From IMG/VR virus record IMGVR_UViG_3300032255_000002, positions 1 through 59,541 of that record: a stretch of 59,541 bases of DNA. One strand, given 5' to 3'. This DNA comes from a virus (lineage: Duplodnaviria > Caudoviricetes). The stretch's first letter is position 1, and each line of letters opens with the position of its first letter. Positions 56,869 to 59,541 of the stretch are shown one piece after another. The translations under genes were made by a program, and so were the position numbers. Below the pieces are notes generated by a model, which saw nothing but the letters and a program-made list of their open reading frames with translations, made no database searches and was not told where the DNA came from.

Positions 56869-57380
56869 ACCGCCGCCAACTATTCAAGAAAGCTGGAACA
56901 GCAATCGCAGGGTTGGCAATCGGCAAAGCAGCGATTGAAGAACTTGCTCCGAGCGAGAGACTTCGGAGCAGCAATACAACGGGGCTCGTGGCTACAGGTT
57001 CTACAGAGCGAAGAGGAACGGTACGCGAAGCGTTTACGTCGATGAACGGGATTCGCCTAAAGAAAGGCTATCGCATCGAATGGGCATACCGAGCGTTCAA
57101 GCAAGATGTTTGGTCCGTGAGGACTCTTTCGCGAATCGAAGAGGCGAGAATCTGCGATAATGACTTGCTGAACAAAATTGAGTGGGACTCCGAACTCGTG
57201 TACTCGGATCAATGCGCACACAAGTTCGAAGATCGTGATTGCAATTACACAGAACTAAGTCGCGCAGAAGAAAGCACTCTAGGAGTTCGACCGGATGAAT
57301 CCGCCGACGCTGCGGGGTACGCGCATTATATGATTAGGGCTCGGCGCGGGAAGAAAGCAACTGTTCGGAGGCTCGGCTAA
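56865..57380 (+). CDS. Protein with a twin-arginine (Tat) signal-like N-terminus
   Basis: MNRRQLFKKAGTAIAGLAIG. Confidence 0.65.
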   Translation: MNRRQLFKKAGTAIAGLAIGKAAIEELAPSERLRSSNTTGLVATGSTERRGTVREAFTSMNGIRLKKGYRIEWAYRAFKQDVWSVRTLSRIEEARICDNDLLNKIEWDSELVYSDQCAHKFEDRDCNYTELSRAEESTLGVRPDESADAAGYAHYMIRARRGKKATVRRLG

Positions 57381-57649
57381 TGCTAAACCGACGATCATTC
57401 CTAAAGAATCTCGCTGCTTCTATCGCACTCGGAATAACAGGCGCTCCGCTTCTTGCGAAGTCGATTGTTCCAAGTGTTGAAGAGGAGCCGAAGCAGAGAG
57501 TTATCGCGTTCTATTGGTCCGAGGACAAAGGTTTCGGAGAAGGCGAGAGCTTTGAAACCGTTCAGGAATGGAAACGTTCTTTCGAAGGTACAGAATGGGG
57601 CAGCGAGAGTGCGAACTCTATAGCAATCCCGTACGGAGAGCTTGCGTAA
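57380..57649 (+). CDS. Protein with a twin-arginine (Tat) signal peptide
   Basis: MLNRRSFLKNLAASIALGITGAPLLA. Confidence 0.75.
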   Translation: MLNRRSFLKNLAASIALGITGAPLLAKSIVPSVEEEPKQRVIAFYWSEDKGFGEGESFETVQEWKRSFEGTEWGSESANSIAIPYGELA

Positions 57650-57918
57650 TGGAAGCCTCCGGATTTCACGAATCGAACCATGTTCTTGGACCGCCCGAAG
57701 GCGCGACAGAGGAACAAGTACATTCGCTCGCGTGTTTCGTCGGAGTGGATGAAGGAGATTACAACGTAGTTGTTTCTTGTTGGCGACCGACACAAGAAGA
57801 GATCAACGAAATACAACGAACGGGGCGAATCTGGTTAACCGTAATGGGAAACTCGATGCCGCCCGTACGGATGCAAGCGTTCAAACCTTTCAAGAAAGAG
57901 GGAGAGAACGTCAAGTGA
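57649..57918 (+). CDS. Conserved phage hypothetical protein
   Basis: F.ESN..LGPP.G...SCW.PT.EE...I..TG..WL.V.G..MPP pattern. Confidence 0.75.
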   Translation: MEASGFHESNHVLGPPEGATEEQVHSLACFVGVDEGDYNVVVSCWRPTQEEINEIQRTGRIWLTVMGNSMPPVRMQAFKPFKKEGENVK

Positions 57919-57921
57919 GCT

Positions 57922-59271
57922 ATGCAGCCGTCGATTCTAACTCCAGCTTGGGAAGCCGCACGATTCTACGAAGGACAACAGCGGTTCTACCAATCCCAAG
58001 CACGCTTCAAGGTTTGCGCGGCGGGAAGACGCTCGGGCAAAACGATGTTTGCGAAGCGCGAACTCGTAGAGCGGTTTATGTCTCACGATTCTTGCGCGGG
58101 CGGCTTGTACGTTGCAATGGCTCCAACGTACAACCAAGCGAAGCGAATCTTTTGGAGCGACTACGCTTCCCCTTCGTTCAAAGAACTTGTTCCGGACTGG
58201 TTCCTCGCGAAGAAACCAAGCGAGTCGGAACTAGAAATCTACGGGATAAACGGCGCAACTCTGGCAGTCGTTGGAATGGACAAGCCGCATCGAATCGAGG
58301 GCTTGCCTATCGACGGAGCGCTAGTAGACGAAGTTGCGACGATGCGACCGGAAGCGTTTTGGTCAACGATCTTTCCGATGTTCCTAACGTCCGGAAGACC
58401 GGGACGATGCACGTTCATCGGAAGACCGAAGGGACGAAATCACTTCTTCGACCTTCGCAACCGAGCGCTAAAGCCGACGAATCCGGATTGGGAATTCTTT
58501 CATTGGACTTCAGAGGAAGTGCTAGACCCTTCAGAGATCGCGCTTGCAAAAGCGACGATGGACGAACGGGATTACAAAGAAGAGTTCCTCGCAGACTTTC
58601 TTTCGACGGGCGGGAGAGCGTATTACAACTACGACCGAAACGTACACTCGAATCACAAGCCGAAATACGATCCGAATCGGGATCTGATTCTCTGTTTCGA
58701 TTTCAACGTCGATGCGGGACCTTGCGAGGTTGTCCAAGAACTTCCGTACGCGGGACCGAATCCGGGGCACTTCTCGACGATGGTCACATCTGTAATCGGA
58801 GAAGTGGCGATCAAGAGAGACTCGAATACTGAGATGGTCTGCCGCGAACTAATCAACAAGTGGGGAGCCCACAACGGAAACGTTCTCGCATACGGGGACG
58901 CTACCGGAGGTGCGCGTAGATCTTCCGCAACTACTGGAACAGACATTGACTTGATCGGTAGCCGACAATCCGGAGTTCTTCGCGAGCACTTCGGTTCTCG
59001 TTTGAAGATGCGGTTTAAGTCTTCGAATCCCGCAGAGAGATCGAGAGTCAACGCGGTAAATGCGAGGCTTCGTACAGCAGACGGTTTGCATCATGCGATC
59101 ATCTCTGAAGACTGCGAAGAGCTTATTCACGACTTCGAAGGCGTAAGTAGATTGCCGGGTTCGGGAGAACTCGACAAGAGAGACAAGGGCCGCACTCACT
59201 GGAGCGACGGTTTTGGTTACTACGCCGAAGCGAAGTTCGGAATTGGGAAGCATTCGGTGAAGACGGCATGA
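57922..59271 (+). CDS. terL: Terminase large subunit
   Basis: AGRRSGKT Walker A, APTY.QAK, LVDE Walker B, P.G.N.F, DFN nuclease and H.SD..GY motifs. Confidence 0.95.
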   Translation: MQPSILTPAWEAARFYEGQQRFYQSQARFKVCAAGRRSGKTMFAKRELVERFMSHDSCAGGLYVAMAPTYNQAKRIFWSDYASPSFKELVPDWFLAKKPSESELEIYGINGATLAVVGMDKPHRIEGLPIDGALVDEVATMRPEAFWSTIFPMFLTSGRPGRCTFIGRPKGRNHFFDLRNRALKPTNPDWEFFHWTSEEVLDPSEIALAKATMDERDYKEEFLADFLSTGGRAYYNYDRNVHSNHKPKYDPNRDLILCFDFNVDAGPCEVVQELPYAGPNPGHFSTMVTSVIGEVAIKRDSNTEMVCRELINKWGAHNGNVLAYGDATGGARRSSATTGTDIDLIGSRQSGVLREHFGSRLKMRFKSSNPAERSRVNAVNARLRTADGLHHAIISEDCEELIHDFEGVSRLPGSGELDKRDKGRTHWSDGFGYYAEAKFGIGKHSVKTA

Positions 59272-59541
59272 GTAAGACCGAACTACACACAGGCGATTGC
59301 TTGAACGTGCTTCGAACGATGGAAGACAACAGCGTTACAGCGGTTGTTACAGATCCTCCGTACGCTCTCGAATTTATGGGGCAAGGTTGGGATAAGGTTC
59401 TTCCTTCTGCGGATATCTGGAGAGAAGCGCTGCGCGTTTTGAAACCTGGAGGAATGGCACTTGTCTTTGGCGGGACGCGAACGTATCACAGGCTTACTTG
59501 CAGTCTCGAAGATGCAGGGTTCGAGATTCGTGATTGCATGA
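59268..59541 (+). CDS. 5' end of the DNA methyltransferase (continues at position 1)
   Basis: ATGA overlap with the terL stop; MSKTELHTGDCLNV. Confidence 0.9.
   Translation, partial: MSKTELHTGDCLNVLRTMEDNSVTAVVTDPPYALEFMGQGWDKVLPSADIWREALRVLKPGGMALVFGGTRTYHRLTCSLEDAGFEIRDCM
59288..59541. repeat. Terminal direct repeat, right copy
   Basis: Matches 1-254. Confidence 0.97.

Noticed and set aside
57777-58832. 351-aa alternative-frame ORF over terL, and long antisense ORFs over structural genes (8914-9636, 17075-17869, 18664-19419)
   Set aside because: Shadow ORFs from codon bias with no recognisable motifs
1-59541. Diversity-generating retroelement, stop-codon reassignment, tRNAs, introns/inteins, lysogeny module
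   Set aside because: No reverse transcriptase or TR/VR pair; TAA, TAG and TGA all end full-length genes; no tRNA-like structure noticed; core genes are uninterrupted; no integrase motifs seen
1-59541. Apparent abundance of TCGA/CGCG/CTAG words as a sign of restriction-related bias
   Set aside because: Cannot be quantified by eye; needs Markov-normalised k-mer counts

Overview
The window is an apparently complete, circularly permuted tailed-phage genome (siphovirus-like). The unit is about 59,287 bp; bases 1-254 are repeated at 59288-59541 with one mismatch. I saw no integrase, recognisable repressor switch, tRNA or CRISPR array. Layout: DNA methyltransferase and a putative lysis/membrane cluster (0-4.2 kb); head genes (portal, MuF with a zincin extension, scaffold, P22-like capsid); an unusual neck region; a GTA-like tail (tube, -1 frameshifted chaperones, tape measure, DUF2460/DUF2163/NlpC-P60/megatron-like/DUF2793); a divergent early region built from repeated promoter-leader cassettes (27.4-34.6 kb); a replication block (ATP-dependent ligase, SNF2 helicase, SSB-like protein, DnaG-MCM primase-helicase, MazG-like protein, degenerate thymidylate synthase, PolA); many small accessory ORFs; and the terminase. 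The most striking candidate novel system is the neck module. The head-closure slot holds a 1088-aa protein with three tandem head-closure-like domains fused to a 20-aa-repeat stalk and a beta-helix head, next to an intact-looking formylglycine sulfatase. Other highlights are hairpin-embedded promoters with 16-bp spacers and a GATAGA leader motif, a 453-bp element bounded by inverted repeats, a minimal CARF-like ORF, GGA-loop hairpins before the capsid gene, Tat-signal ORFs, an orphan membrane sensor domain, and RMF-like and Fis-like ORFs. All family calls come from motif reading and gene order, not from database searches.
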